Source: Gammaproteobacteria bacterium
Lineage (GTDB): Bacteria > Pseudomonadota > Gammaproteobacteria > SKWO01
NCBI GenBank assembly: GCA_007128895.1
Contig: SKWO01000032.1
Location: 1-60,655 of the forward strand
Direction: 5' to 3'
DNA length: 60,655 bases
The position numbers were made by a program, and so were the translations under genes. This document shows positions 49,699 to 60,655 of the stretch, piece by piece (the stretch's first letter is position 1; each line of letters opens with the position of its first letter). The notes beneath the pieces were generated by a model. The model saw only the letters and a list, made by a program, of their open reading frames with translations. It was not told where the DNA came from and did no database searches.

Positions 49699-50523
49699 AT
49701 GATGATCCACCGCTCTGAAGTTAGTGCCGGACCGAGCCTCTTCGATGCGGCGCTCGAAGTACTCCGTCACGAGGCGCTGGAGGTGAAGCTGGCCTGCAGT
49801 GCGCGACACGCCGCCGCTTGGCGGGCCGGGGGGCTGAGCACCCGCGGTGGCGTGCCGGTGGGCCCGCTGGCCGAACCGGGTAGGCCAGCGCGCCCGTGTC
49901 TGGTGCCGCCACGTGAATTGCCGCGGCGCTCGCTCAATAGTCGCGAGGGGCTGGCGGCGCTGCTGCACGCAGTGGCTCATATTGAGTTCAATGCGATCCA
50001 CCTGGCCTGGGATGCCGTCTACCGTTTCCGCGACCTGCCGCATGGCTGGTACGACGACTGGGTGCGGATTGCCGAGGAGGAGGCCTACCACTTCGGCCTG
50101 GTGCGTGAGCGGTTGCGTGAACTCGGCTACGACTATGGTGATTTTCCGGCACACGACGGCCTGTGGCAGGCGGCGTGCGAGACGGCACATGACCCGCTGG
50201 TGCGGATGGCGGTGGTGCCACGTGCCCTTGAGGCGCGTGGGCTCGATGTCAATCCGGCGATGCGTGCGCGCCTGTTGGCCGCGGGGGAGCAGCGCGGTGC
50301 CGAGATCCTCGATATCATCCTGCGTGACGAGATCGGCCACGTCGCGGTCGGTTCACACTGGTTTCACCATCTCTGTCGAGAGCGTGGCCTGGCGCCGCAG
50401 GCGACCTACCGTGAACTGGTCGGGCGCCACCTGCGCGGAGGCCTGAAGGGGCCGTTCAACCACGCGGCGCGGCTGCAGGCCGGTTTCAGCGCCGAGGAGA
50501 TGGCGGCGTTGGAGGGGCGCTGA
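49699..50523 (+). CDS. Ferritin-like di-iron fold protein, DUF455 family (function unknown)
   Basis: Carboxylate/His motifs spaced as in ferritin-like di-iron proteins: HAVAHIEFNAIH, EEEAYH, LEARG, RDEIGH. The family assignment is from memory. Confidence 0.75.
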   Translation: MMIHRSEVSAGPSLFDAALEVLRHEALEVKLACSARHAAAWRAGGLSTRGGVPVGPLAEPGRPARPCLVPPRELPRRSLNSREGLAALLHAVAHIEFNAIHLAWDAVYRFRDLPHGWYDDWVRIAEEEAYHFGLVRERLRELGYDYGDFPAHDGLWQAACETAHDPLVRMAVVPRALEARGLDVNPAMRARLLAAGEQRGAEILDIILRDEIGHVAVGSHWFHHLCRERGLAPQATYRELVGRHLRGGLKGPFNHAARLQAGFSAEEMAALEGR

Positions 50524-50528
50524 TCGTT

Positions 50529-51248
50529 TCAGCAGGCGCGGAACTGGCAGCCCTGTGCAGTGCAGGCCAAGGCGCTGCCGCGGTCGGCGTGCCAATCCCC
50601 GAGGACGATGCGCCGGGCCGGTCGGCCATCGAGTTCGAAGTCGTGGATCGCTTCGCGATGGGTGTGGCCGTGGATCATCTGGCGCACACCGTGGCGGCGC
50701 ATCCACTCGGCGACGGTCTCCTGATTGACGTCCATGATGGCCGTCGGCTTGCCCTGCTCGCCGCTGCGGCTGTAGGCGCGCAGCGCCTTGGCGGTGGCTT
50801 GGCGCTCGGCAATCGGTCGGGCCAGAAAGGCGCTCTGCCAGGCCGGGTCGGCGGTAGTCTGGCGAAACTGCTGGTGCTCGACGTCGTCGGTACAGAGGGC
50901 GTCGCCGTGGCAGAGCAGGGTCGGTTCCCCGCCAAGGTCGATCACGCTCGGTTCGGCGAGTGGCTCGCAGCCGGATTGCCGAAAGAAGCTGTCACCGAGG
51001 AGGAAGTCGCGGTTACCGTGCATGATCCGGATCGGTGGCCCGACCGCATTGATCCGGCGCAGCTCGGCATAGAGCTCCTCCAACCCCGGCAGCGGCGCAT
51101 CGTCGCCGATCCAGTATTCGAAGAGATCGCCGAGGATGTAGAGTCGGTCGGCGCGTACGGCCTGACGGCGCAGAAAGGTGAGGAAGCGCTGGGTGATCGC
51201 CGGTGCGCCGCCGTGCAGGTGGAGGTCGGCGACGAAGAAGGTGACCAT
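50529..51248 (-). CDS. lpxH: UDP-2,3-diacylglucosamine diphosphatase LpxH
   Basis: TFFVADLHLHGG...YILGDLFEYWIGDD...IMHGNRDFLLG...CHGDALCTDD...GHTH (calcineurin-like metallophosphatase motifs). Confidence 0.94.
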   Translation of the reverse strand: MVTFFVADLHLHGGAPAITQRFLTFLRRQAVRADRLYILGDLFEYWIGDDAPLPGLEELYAELRRINAVGPPIRIMHGNRDFLLGDSFFRQSGCEPLAEPSVIDLGGEPTLLCHGDALCTDDVEHQQFRQTTADPAWQSAFLARPIAERQATAKALRAYSRSGEQGKPTAIMDVNQETVAEWMRRHGVRQMIHGHTHREAIHDFELDGRPARRIVLGDWHADRGSALACTAQGCQFRAC

Positions 51249-51264
51249 CCCGGAGCGCTCTGCC

Positions 51265-51759
51265 TTAGTCGCTGATCTCGACCCGTTCGATCACGATCTC
51301 ATCGACCGGTACGTCCTGATGGCCGGCGCGCAGGGTGGTGGCGACTCCCTTGATCCGGTCGACCACCTCCATGCCGTCGACCACTCGGCCAAAGACGCAG
51401 TAGCCCCAGCCGTCCGGCGTTTTGGCGCGGTGGTTGAGGAAGCTGTTGTCGGCCACATTGATGAAGAACTGCGAGGAGGCCGAATGCGGGTCGCTGGTGC
51501 GCGCCATGGCGAGGGTGCCGCGCAGATTCTTCAGGCCGTTGTCGGCCTCGTTCATGACCGGGTCATGCCCTTCTTTGGGCTGCATGCCGCTGATGAGTCC
51601 ACCGCCCTGGATCATGAAGCCGTCGATGACCCGATGGAAGAGGGTGCCTTCATAAAAGCCCTCCTTGGCGTAGGTCATGAAGTTTTCGCTGGTCAAGGGC
51701 GCCTTGTCGAAGTCGAGTTCGATCGAGATCGGGCCCATCGAGGTGTGCAGTGTAATCAT
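51265..51759 (-). CDS. ppiB: Peptidyl-prolyl cis-trans isomerase B (cytoplasmic cyclophilin)
   Basis: [27 protein letters not shown]...[14 protein letters not shown]; no signal peptide. Confidence 0.95.
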   Translation of the reverse strand: MITLHTSMGPISIELDFDKAPLTSENFMTYAKEGFYEGTLFHRVIDGFMIQGGGLISGMQPKEGHDPVMNEADNGLKNLRGTLAMARTSDPHSASSQFFINVADNSFLNHRAKTPDGWGYCVFGRVVDGMEVVDRIKGVATTLRAGHQDVPVDEIVIERVEISD

Positions 51760-51780
51760 GGTCAGGGTACCTGGGTAAGG

Positions 51781-52347
51781 TCAGGGAAGGCGGCGCGCCG
51801 ATTCGATGACGATTGGCTCGCGTGGTACGTTCTGGTGCATGCCGTGGTTACCAGTAGCCACCTGGCGCAGGGTGTCGACGACCTCCATGCCGTCGACCAC
51901 GCGGCCAAAGACGGCATAGCCCCAGCCGCGCGGGGTCGGGGCGGTGTGGTCGAGAAAGGCGTTGTCGGCGACATTGATGAAGAACTGTGCGGTGGCCGAA
52001 TGGGGTGCGTTGGTGCGTGCCATGGCCACGGTCCCACGGCGGTTCTTTAGACCATTGTCAGCCTCGTTGCGGATCGGCGGACGGGTCTCCTTCTGTTCGA
52101 AGTCGCTGGTAAAGCCACCGCCCTGGATCATGAAGCCGTCGATCACACGGTGGAAGATCGTGCCGTCGTAGAAGCCGTCATCGACGTAGGCGAGAAAGTT
52201 CTCCACCGAGAGCGGTGCATGGTCCGGGTCGAGTTCGAGCACGATGGTGCCGTGGTTGGTCTCCAGTGCCACGCGCGGGGCAGATGGTTCATTCGCGTGC
52301 GCATGCGCGAAGAGCAGCAGGAGCAGGGCAAGAAGAAGACGGGACAT
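51781..52347 (-). CDS. ppiA: Peptidyl-prolyl cis-trans isomerase A (periplasmic cyclophilin)
   Basis: Signal peptide [18 protein letters not shown], then the cyclophilin core [14 protein letters not shown]. Start set at the ATG at 52347 of track ORF 51781..52416. Confidence 0.92.
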   Translation of the reverse strand: MSRLLLALLLLLFAHAHANEPSAPRVALETNHGTIVLELDPDHAPLSVENFLAYVDDGFYDGTIFHRVIDGFMIQGGGFTSDFEQKETRPPIRNEADNGLKNRRGTVAMARTNAPHSATAQFFINVADNAFLDHTAPTPRGWGYAVFGRVVDGMEVVDTLRQVATGNHGMHQNVPREPIVIESARRLP

Positions 52348-52459
52348 CCGCGGGAAACTCCAGAGTTGATTGACTAACCCGTAACCATACCGAACCTGTA
52401 TGACAAAAACAATCACATGGGTGGGCGACGCCGCCGATTTCAGCTAACATGAAGCGATT

Positions 52460-53869
52460 ATGACGACCCATGTGACCCGTTTTGCGCCCAGTCCGACCGG
52501 GCGCCTGCACCTAGGCAATGCGCGCACGGCGCTCTTCTCCTGGCTGCTGGCGCGTGGTAGCGGTGGCCGTTTTGTGCTGCGCGTTGAGGACACCGATCGT
52601 GAGCGGTGCGACGAGGCGCATGTCCAGGCCCAGCTTGAGGACCTGCGCTGGCTCGGCATCGACTGGGACGAGGGGCCCGACGTCGGAGGCCCGCACGGGC
52701 CGTACCGCCAGACCGAGCGTGGCGAGCAGTACCGTGTCGACTACAACCGGCTGCTGGCCTCGGGGTTGGCCTATCCCTGCTTCTGCAGCGACGACGAACT
52801 GGCGGCCGAGCGCCGTGCCCAGCGCCTTGCCGGCCGTCCGCCGCGCTACTCCGGGCGTTGCGCCCGTCTGGCGCTCGACGAGGTCGAGCGCCGCCTCGCG
52901 GCAGGCGAGGCGGCGGCGCTGCGTTTCCGCGTGCCGACCGGCGTAGAGATCACCTTCGACGACGCGGTGCGCGGTGCGCAGCGCTTTCTCAGTGATGATA
53001 TCGGCGATTTCGTCATTCGTCGGCGCGACGGCGGTCCGGCCTTCTTCTTCGGTAACGCGGTCGACGATGCCGACATGGCGATCAGCCTGGTCGTGCGTGG
53101 TGAGGACCATCTGGCCAATACCCCGCGTCAGCTGCTGCTGCAGCAGGCGCTGGAACGGCCCGAGCCCGGTTACGCCCACATCTCGTTGATCGTCGGCGAG
53201 GACGGCAGCCCCCTTTCCAAACGGCACGGCAGCTTCAGCCTGCACGATCTGCGTGAGGCCGGCTTTCTGCCCCTGGCCGTAGCCAACTACCTGGCGCGAC
53301 TCGGCCACGCCTGTGAGCGCCACGATCTGCTCGATCTGCCAACCCTGGCTCAGCACTTTCAATTGGATCGACTGTCCCGCTCGCCGGCCCGCCACGACGA
53401 GGCCCAGCTGCTGCACTGGCAGCGGCTTGCCGTCGCAGCGGCCGACTGGCCCGCGCTGTGGGCGTGGATGGGTCCGGCGGTCCATCGTCTGGTCCCGGAC
53501 AGCGATGCCGAGGCGTTCGTGGCCGCCGTGCGCGAGAACCTGCTGCTGCCACAGGATGGGCTGGCATGGGCGCAGACGGTCTACAGCGACCCGCTGCCGA
53601 TCGATAGCGCCACCCGTGACGCGCTCACGGTCGAGGCGGGTGACTTCTTTCTCCATGCACTGCGAGCGCTGGCCGTACATGGAACCGACTTCGCCGCTCT
53701 GGCGAAACAGACAGGGCAGGAGGCCGAGGTGCGCGGCAAGGCGCTCTATCGGCCTCTGCGACTGGCACTGACCGGGCGCGAGCACGGCCCCGACATGGGC
53801 GCCCTGCTGCCGTTGATCACGGTCGAACGCGCCCGCCGCCGTCTGGAAGCGTGGGCCAGCGCCCGTTGA
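52460..53869 (+). CDS. gltX: Glutamate--tRNA ligase
   Basis: [22 protein letters not shown] (HIGH), CFC...YSGRC zinc-type motif, PLSKRHG (KMSKS). At 469 aa it includes the anticodon-binding domain, so it is GltX and not the about 300-aa GluQ-RS. Confidence 0.9.
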   Translation: MTTHVTRFAPSPTGRLHLGNARTALFSWLLARGSGGRFVLRVEDTDRERCDEAHVQAQLEDLRWLGIDWDEGPDVGGPHGPYRQTERGEQYRVDYNRLLASGLAYPCFCSDDELAAERRAQRLAGRPPRYSGRCARLALDEVERRLAAGEAAALRFRVPTGVEITFDDAVRGAQRFLSDDIGDFVIRRRDGGPAFFFGNAVDDADMAISLVVRGEDHLANTPRQLLLQQALERPEPGYAHISLIVGEDGSPLSKRHGSFSLHDLREAGFLPLAVANYLARLGHACERHDLLDLPTLAQHFQLDRLSRSPARHDEAQLLHWQRLAVAAADWPALWAWMGPAVHRLVPDSDAEAFVAAVRENLLLPQDGLAWAQTVYSDPLPIDSATRDALTVEAGDFFLHALRALAVHGTDFAALAKQTGQEAEVRGKALYRPLRLALTGREHGPDMGALLPLITVERARRRLEAWASAR

Positions 53870-53891
53870 ACCGACCCACCGAGGGAGCCCG

Positions 53892-55271
53892 ATGCTGCAG
53901 ATCCACAACAGCCTGACCCGGCGCAAGGAACCGTTCACGCCGATCGATCCGCACCATGTGCGCATGTACGTCTGCGGCATGACCGTCTACGACTACTGCC
54001 ACATCGGCCACGCCCGTGTGCTGGTCGTCTTCGACACCGTCTTTCGCCACCTGCGCGCGACCTTCGGTGACGACCACGTCACCTATGTGCGCAACATCAC
54101 CGATATCGACGACAAGATCATCCGCCGCGCCGCCGAGAACGGCGAGCCGATGGCGGCGTTGACCGAGCGCTTCATCACGGCGATGCACGAGGATGCCGAC
54201 GCCCTCGGCGTGCTGCGCCCGACACTGGAGCCGCGTGCCACCGGCCATATCGATGACATCGTCGCCATGATTGCCGAGCTGGAGCAGCGCGGCCTGGCTT
54301 ACCGCGCCGACAACGGCGATGTCTACTACGATGTCAGCCGCTTTCCCGACTACGGCCAGCTCTCCGGCAAGCGCCTCGAGGACCTGCGTGCCGGCGAGCG
54401 CGTCGAGGTCGAGGCAGCCAAGGACGATCCGCTCGACTTCGTGCTGTGGAAGGCGGCCAAGCCGGGCGAGCCGGCCTGGGCGTCGCCGTGGGGCCCTGGC
54501 CGCCCCGGCTGGCACATCGAGTGCTCGGCGATGTCCGGGCGCTGCCTCGGCGACCACTTCGATATCCATGGCGGCGGGCTCGACCTGCAATTCCCTCACC
54601 ACGAGAACGAGATCGCGCAGTCGCAGGGGTGCGGTGGTCGCTTCGTCAACTACTGGATGCACAACGGCTTTGTCCGTGTCGACGACGAGAAGATGTCCAA
54701 GTCGCTGGGCAACTTCTTCACCATCCGAGAGGTGCTGGCGCGCTACGATGCCGAGGTGGTGCGCGCCTTCATCCTGACCAGCCACTACCGCAGCCCACTG
54801 AATTACTCCGACGTCCACCTGGACAACGCCCGCGGCGCGCTGACCTCGCTCTACACGGCGTTGCGCGGCCTGCCGCAGGCTGCCGCGGCCGAAGACGAAC
54901 TGTACACGGCGCGGCTGCACGCGGCACTCGACGACGACTTCAACACCCCGGAGGCGCTCACGGTCCTCTTCGACCTGGCCCACGAGATCAACCGGCTGCG
55001 CGCCAGCGACCCGGCGCGCGCCGCCGCCCTGGGCGCCACGCTGCGCACGCTGGGTGGCCGCCTCGGCCTGCTCCAGCGTGATGCCGACGCCTTCCTGCAG
55101 GGCGGCGCCGAGGAGGGGCTCGACGCCGAGGCGATCGAGGCGCTGATCGCCGAGCGCAATGCTGCCCGCCAGGCACGGGACTTTACCCGTGCCGACGCCA
55201 TCCGTGACGAGTTGTCTGCCGCCGGCGTGGTGCTGGAGGACGGGGCTGGCGGCACCAGCTGGCGGCGCTAG
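53892..55271 (+). CDS. cysS: Cysteine--tRNA ligase
   Basis: [19 protein letters not shown] (HIGH), [23 protein letters not shown]. Confidence 0.97.
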   Translation: MLQIHNSLTRRKEPFTPIDPHHVRMYVCGMTVYDYCHIGHARVLVVFDTVFRHLRATFGDDHVTYVRNITDIDDKIIRRAAENGEPMAALTERFITAMHEDADALGVLRPTLEPRATGHIDDIVAMIAELEQRGLAYRADNGDVYYDVSRFPDYGQLSGKRLEDLRAGERVEVEAAKDDPLDFVLWKAAKPGEPAWASPWGPGRPGWHIECSAMSGRCLGDHFDIHGGGLDLQFPHHENEIAQSQGCGGRFVNYWMHNGFVRVDDEKMSKSLGNFFTIREVLARYDAEVVRAFILTSHYRSPLNYSDVHLDNARGALTSLYTALRGLPQAAAAEDELYTARLHAALDDDFNTPEALTVLFDLAHEINRLRASDPARAAALGATLRTLGGRLGLLQRDADAFLQGGAEEGLDAEAIEALIAERNAARQARDFTRADAIRDELSAAGVVLEDGAGGTSWRR

Positions 55272-55275
55272 TGAG

Positions 55276-55301
55276 GCGCGGCTTGATCGAGCCGCGCTTT
55301 T
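55276..55301 (+). terminator. Intrinsic terminator after cysS
   Basis: GCGCGGCT-TGATCG-AGCCGCGC followed by TTTT. Confidence 0.7.
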
Positions 55302-55350
55302 CATAGTAGGATTTTTGACATGGTTGTCGGGTTGCTCCGGGGCTGCTGCC

Positions 55351-55866
55351 ATGTCACGTTGCGATGGACTCACCCTGATTGAACTGCTGGCCGCGCTCGG
55401 CGTGCTCGCTGTTGTGCTGGTGCTGGCCGTGCCCGCGTGGCATGGATGGCTGATCGAACAGCGCCTGACCACCGAAACCAACCGCTTGGCCGGTACTCTG
55501 GCCTACGCACGCGGCGAGGCCATGCGCCGTGGCGAGCGGGTGACCCTCTGCCCCAGCCCCGATGGTCTGGCCTGTGCCGACAGCGGTGACTACGCACAGG
55601 GATGGCTGCTCTTTGTCGATTCTGCCGCCACGGCTCAGGGCGGTGACGGGGTCGAGCGATTGCGTGTAGCCGACGCCAGCCGACTCGAGGCGATCCAAGG
55701 CAACCTGCCTGTTCAGCGCTACATCTCCTACACACCGGACGGGCGCACCCGTCTGCTCAGCGGTGGCTTCCAGGCCGGTACCCTGACCCTCTGTGACAGC
55801 GGACGGGCCCGCCAGTTGGTGATCAGTGCCACCGGCCGGGTGCGCAGCCAGGTGAGCGCATGCTGA
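55351..55866 (+). CDS. fimT: Type IV minor pilin, GspH/FimT(FimU) family
   Basis: Prepilin leader MSRCDG|LTLIELLAALGVLAVVLVLAV, then TNRLAGTLAYARGEAMRRGERVTLCPSPDGLAC...GWLLFVD. ATG at 55351 within track ORF 55159..55866. Confidence 0.8.
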   Translation: MSRCDGLTLIELLAALGVLAVVLVLAVPAWHGWLIEQRLTTETNRLAGTLAYARGEAMRRGERVTLCPSPDGLACADSGDYAQGWLLFVDSAATAQGGDGVERLRVADASRLEAIQGNLPVQRYISYTPDGRTRLLSGGFQAGTLTLCDSGRARQLVISATGRVRSQVSAC

Positions 55867-56219
55867 CGGGGCGGCAGCGTGGCTGGAGCCTGCTCGATGC
55901 CCTGCTGGCGCTGCTGCTGCTCTCGGTCGGTCTGCTCGGGATCGCCTCACTGCAACTCAGGACGGTCGCCACCGGCCACGACATCTGGCTGCAGGCGGTG
56001 GCCCAACTGGCCGCACTCGACATGATCGAGTTGAGCCATGCCCACCAGGGCACCCCCTCGCAATGGCAGGTACGGTGGCGTGAGTATCTGGCGTTGCAAT
56101 TGCCGGACGGCGACGGGCAGGTCGAGCTGACACAGGGATTGCTGCGCGTCGAGGTGCGCTGGTCGGGGCGGCTGCCACCGCTGGAACGGGAGCTAACACT
56201 CTATGCGCTGTTCGAATAG
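55860..56219 (+). CDS. pilV: Type IV minor pilin PilV-like (short, 119 aa)
   Basis: MLTGRQRG|WSLLDALLALLLLSVGLLGIASLQ matches the PilV QRGFSLLEVLVA..VGLLG..LQ signature, but with W at +1 and D at +5. ATGCTGA overlap with fimT. Confidence 0.75.
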   Translation: MLTGRQRGWSLLDALLALLLLSVGLLGIASLQLRTVATGHDIWLQAVAQLAALDMIELSHAHQGTPSQWQVRWREYLALQLPDGDGQVELTQGLLRVEVRWSGRLPPLERELTLYALFE

Positions 56220-56760
56220 ACGGTCCAAGGGGGTGACCTTGATCGAGCTGATGGTCGGGCTGACGGTCGGCCTGCTCCTGATGCTGGCCGTCACCCGCCT
56301 CTATCTGGTCGGGCGAGAGGCGGCCCTCGCCGGTGAGGCGCTGGCAGAACAGGCGCAGCGCATGACCTTTCTGGCGACCCTGCTCGGCGATGAAGTGCGT
56401 CGAGCCGGCTTCAGTGACGGCCTGCCGCTGGAGGGCGATGGCTTGGTGGGGGGAGATCACTACCTGACGGTCCGCTACCGTGCCAGCCACGACTGCTTGG
56501 GCCACGCCAGTGCGCAACCGCGCCACACCTGGTCGGTGGCGACCGATGGGACGCTGCGCTGCGACAACGGCGTGCAGCGCCACGCCGTCCTTGATGGGGT
56601 CGAGGTGCTGCAGCTCTCTTACCTGCCGCGAACGGGAGACGACTTTGTCGCCGCCAGCCAGATCGACGACTGGGACGGCGTGCGTGCCGTGCGTTTCGAG
56701 ATTGTGCTGGCGGGCGATCCGCCCCGTCCGTTTCACTTCATGGCGGCAAGGCGCAACTGA
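56203..56760 (+). CDS. pilW: Type IV minor pilin PilW-like (short, 185 aa)
   Basis: MRCSNRRSKG|VTLIELMVGLTVGLLLMLAV...LAEQAQRMTFLATLLGDEVRRAGF resembles the PilW N-domain. It overlaps the pilV end by 17 nt. Confidence 0.72.
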   Translation: MRCSNRRSKGVTLIELMVGLTVGLLLMLAVTRLYLVGREAALAGEALAEQAQRMTFLATLLGDEVRRAGFSDGLPLEGDGLVGGDHYLTVRYRASHDCLGHASAQPRHTWSVATDGTLRCDNGVQRHAVLDGVEVLQLSYLPRTGDDFVAASQIDDWDGVRAVRFEIVLAGDPPRPFHFMAARRN

Positions 56761-57856
56761 TGGTTGGCTTGCCTCATCGGTTGCCTGGCAAACCGCGGGC
56801 GCGGCTGCAGCGCGGTCTGGCGCTGCCGATGGGGTTGGTGGTGCTGACCCTGCTCAGCCTGCTCTCGATAGCGACGGTTGAGCGGGTCATCGACGGCGCC
56901 CATGCAGCGCGGGCCTGGCATGAGCAGAGCCAGGCGCTGCTCGTGGCCGAGGCGGGTGCCCGGCAGGCGGTGGCGCAGCTGAAGGAGGCCCCTGATGCGT
57001 GGCCGCTGCCGGGCGAGGCGGTGGCCCCGGAGGCGCTGGGACTCCCCGGCGGGGCCATCCCCCTGGAAGGTCAGGGCCGTTGGTGGGTCGACCGCGTTCG
57101 GCGGGAAGAGGGCGGCGTGCTTGAGCTGCGTGTGCGTGGTCGCGGCAGCGAGGGGCTGGCTGCGCGGACCGTTCAGGTGCAGCTCCACCCGGGGGTGGTG
57201 CTGTCGGCGACCGCCGATGGTGCGTTGGCCTGCCCGTTGGGCCACTGCGATCTGCTCCTCGGACCGGCGGCCATTGTGGACGGGCGTGACCATCGGCTGC
57301 CGGAGGCGACGCCCTGTCACGGCACGGTGTGCCGCGATCTGCGACGGTCCGAGGGGGGCTCGGTCGCGGCCGTCAGTGCCGACGCGTCGATGCCGTTGCC
57401 GGATGCTGCTTCATTGGAACGTCTCTACGGGGAGCCGATCTGGGGCGGCTACTCACCTGGTGCGATGGAACAGGCGGCGTGGCACAGCCTGGCCGCCGCC
57501 CTGCTGGCCGAGTCGCGTCCGATTGAGCCGGAGCCCCCCCTGTCGCTCGGGGTCCACCGGTTGCCCGCCGACGGCCTGGATACGGACGTGTCGCTTGCGC
57601 TACGTGGCATCGTGGTCGCCCCACCGGGCAGCCGGCTCTCCGGTGCTCTGGCCGTGGAGGGGCTGCTGGTGCTCTTGCCGGGTGCTCGGCTCGATGGCGA
57701 GGTGACCGTGCTCGGCCAGCTGGTGGCCCTGGGTGAGGCCGATCGGCCGGTTGCACTCCACGGTTTGGGCGCCCTGAACCTGCTGTACAGCCACACCGCC
57801 CTCAAAGCGCTTGAACCGCTCAGTCGGCCGCCACGGCTGGCAGGCTGGTGGATTGG

Positions 57857-57863
<7 letters not shown>
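56760..57863 (+). CDS. pilX: PilX-N-domain protein (367 aa) with a large uncharacterised C-terminal region
   Basis: [29 protein letters not shown]...[14 protein letters not shown] is like the PilX/GspK N-terminus (no E5). The C-terminal part contains CPLGHC and CHGTVC. One-nt overlap with the pilW stop. Confidence 0.65.
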
Positions 57864-59560
<1,697 letters not shown>

Positions 59561-59667
59561 GGGATATCCACAGTGGCCAATCGTGATAACGGCGTGATTG
59601 TACCGCATGCCGGTACCCGTCATCACGTCGATTGACGCTGTGCGAGGGATGTGGTCGAATCGCACCC

Positions 59668-60655
59668 ATGCATACCGATCTCTCCCTGCTCGATACCATC
59701 ATGGAGGCGCTGGGCGACGCTGTCTTTGTCGTCGATGCCGACAACCGCCTGCTCCGGGTCAACGGCGCCTTCGAGCGGCTGGTGGGGCTCACCGCTGCGG
59801 CGGTGGTCGGTGAACGCCTCAGCGTGCTGGGTGGGGTCGAGGGTCAGCCGGAGGTGGCGACACGGGTCGCCGAGGCGATTGCCGCGCGCGGCCTGCGCGA
59901 GGGGGGGGTCGTCCTGCCGGGGCGGGCCGGCCACTGCCATCTGACCGTCACGCCGATCCGCGAGGCGGCTGGCACGGTCGGCTTTGTCGGTATCCTGCGC
60001 CCGCAGCAGGCCGATGCGGGACACGAGGAGGGGATCGATCGACTGACTGGGCTGCCCAACCGCCACCGTTTTGTCGACCGGGTCGAGCAAGCGTTGCTGA
60101 ATGCTCAGCGCGGTGGCAAGTCGGTGGCGCTGATGCTGATGGGGGTCGATCGCTTCAGCCTGATCAATGAGGGCATGGGCGAGGCGGTCGGCGATGCGAT
60201 TCTCAAGCAGCTGGCCGAGCGACTGCGCCACTGTGTGCGTACCAGTGATACGGTGGCACGGCTGGAGGGCGACCGCTTCGCCTTCGTCATGCAGATCACC
60301 GCGATCAACGACAGCGTCACGGTGGCTGAGAAGATCCTTGGTGCCTTTGCCACACCCTTTGCCGCCGAAGGGTACGATGATGTGGTCATTACCTGCTCGG
60401 TCGGCGCCAGCATCTACCCGGCTGACGGTACGACCCCGGACGAGCTGCTCAAGAACGCCGCCGTTGCCCTGCACCACGCCAAGCAGGGGGGACGCAACCG
60501 CTACCAGTTCTTCGCCAACGAGATGAACGTGCGTGCGCGTCATCGTCTGGAGCTGGAGAGCGGTATCCGCCGGGCGCTGGCCAACGACGAGTTTCGTGTC
60601 TACTACCAGCCCAAGGTCGAGATCGGCAACGGCCGGGTGGGAGGCTTCGAAGCAC
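59668..60655 (+). CDS. PAS - degenerate GGDEF - EAL signalling protein, 3'-truncated by the window end
   Basis: My own translation (no stop, so absent from the track): [40 protein letters not shown] (PAS); [12 protein letters not shown]...[17 protein letters not shown]...GASIYPADG...[16 protein letters not shown] (GGDEF fold); [21 protein letters not shown]... (start of EAL). Confidence 0.85.
   Translation, partial: MHTDLSLLDTIMEALGDAVFVVDADNRLLRVNGAFERLVGLTAAAVVGERLSVLGGVEGQPEVATRVAEAIAARGLREGGVVLPGRAGHCHLTVTPIREAAGTVGFVGILRPQQADAGHEEGIDRLTGLPNRHRFVDRVEQALLNAQRGGKSVALMLMGVDRFSLINEGMGEAVGDAILKQLAERLRHCVRTSDTVARLEGDRFAFVMQITAINDSVTVAEKILGAFATPFAAEGYDDVVITCSVGASIYPADGTTPDELLKNAAVALHHAKQGGRNRYQFFANEMNVRARHRLELESGIRRALANDEFRVYYQPKVEIGNGRVGGFEA

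Noticed and set aside
52460-53869. Possible glutamyl-Q tRNA(Asp) synthetase (GluQ-RS).
   Set aside because: At 469 aa the protein includes a full C-terminal anticodon-binding region. GluQ-RS proteins are about 300 aa, so it is called GltX.
55321-55336. Sigma-54-like element TGGTTGTCGGGTTGCT (GG/GC spaced as in TGGCAC-N5-TTGCW) upstream of fimT.
   Set aside because: It would put the transcription start only a few nt before the ATG at 55351, leaving no room for a ribosome-binding site, and the -24 half matches only TGG. Treated as a chance match unless a PWM scan and 5' mapping say otherwise.
59651-59944. Track ORF (97 aa, [12 protein letters not shown]...) at the start of the last gene.
   Set aside because: It is in the wrong frame. 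The frame starting at ATG 59668 gives clean PAS/GGDEF/EAL motifs and stays open to the window end.

Overview
GC-rich, gammaproteobacterial-type chromosomal segment that is almost entirely core housekeeping DNA, and I do not see a clear novel multi-gene system. Gene order left to right: a P4-type integrase and one orphan small ORF (edge of an island inserted at ssrA), ssrA, smpB, an SNF-family transporter, ratA-rnfH, bamE, fur, recN-nadK, hrcA-grpE-dnaK-dnaJ, dapB, carAB, greA, yhbY, rlmE-ftsH-folP-glmM-tpiA-secG, tRNA-Leu(GAG), nuoA-N plus a coupled small membrane ORF, initiator tRNA-fMet, rimP-nusA-infB-rbfA-truB, rpsO, pnp, a DUF455-like ferritin-fold protein, lpxH-ppiB-ppiA, gltX, cysS, a four-gene type IV minor-pilin operon, proS, and the 5' part of a PAS-GGDEF-EAL protein. 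From memory, the backbone matches the pnp-to-smpB block of Pseudomonas (about PA4740-PA4768) and the grpE...ssrA-intA region of E. coli. Against that backbone the nuo operon, hrcA/nadK and the SNF transporter look like insertions. There are no rRNA genes, CRISPR arrays or IS elements. The many long antisense ORFs in the track are high-GC artefacts. The least explained parts are the island edge at ssrA (its cargo lies off the left end), the repeat-dense int-ssrA spacer, an unannotated two-helix ORF between yhbY and rlmE, the small ORF coupled to nuoN, the pilY1-less minor-pilin operon with a large Cys-motif PilX-like protein, and a degenerate GGDEF domain that keeps its I-site. Regulatory signals readable by eye are a CIRCE operator at hrcA, two sigma-32 promoters (grpE and dnaK), and a structured metY-rimP leader with tandem terminator-like hairpins. 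Coordinates of non-ORF features were hand-indexed and may be off by 1-2 nt.
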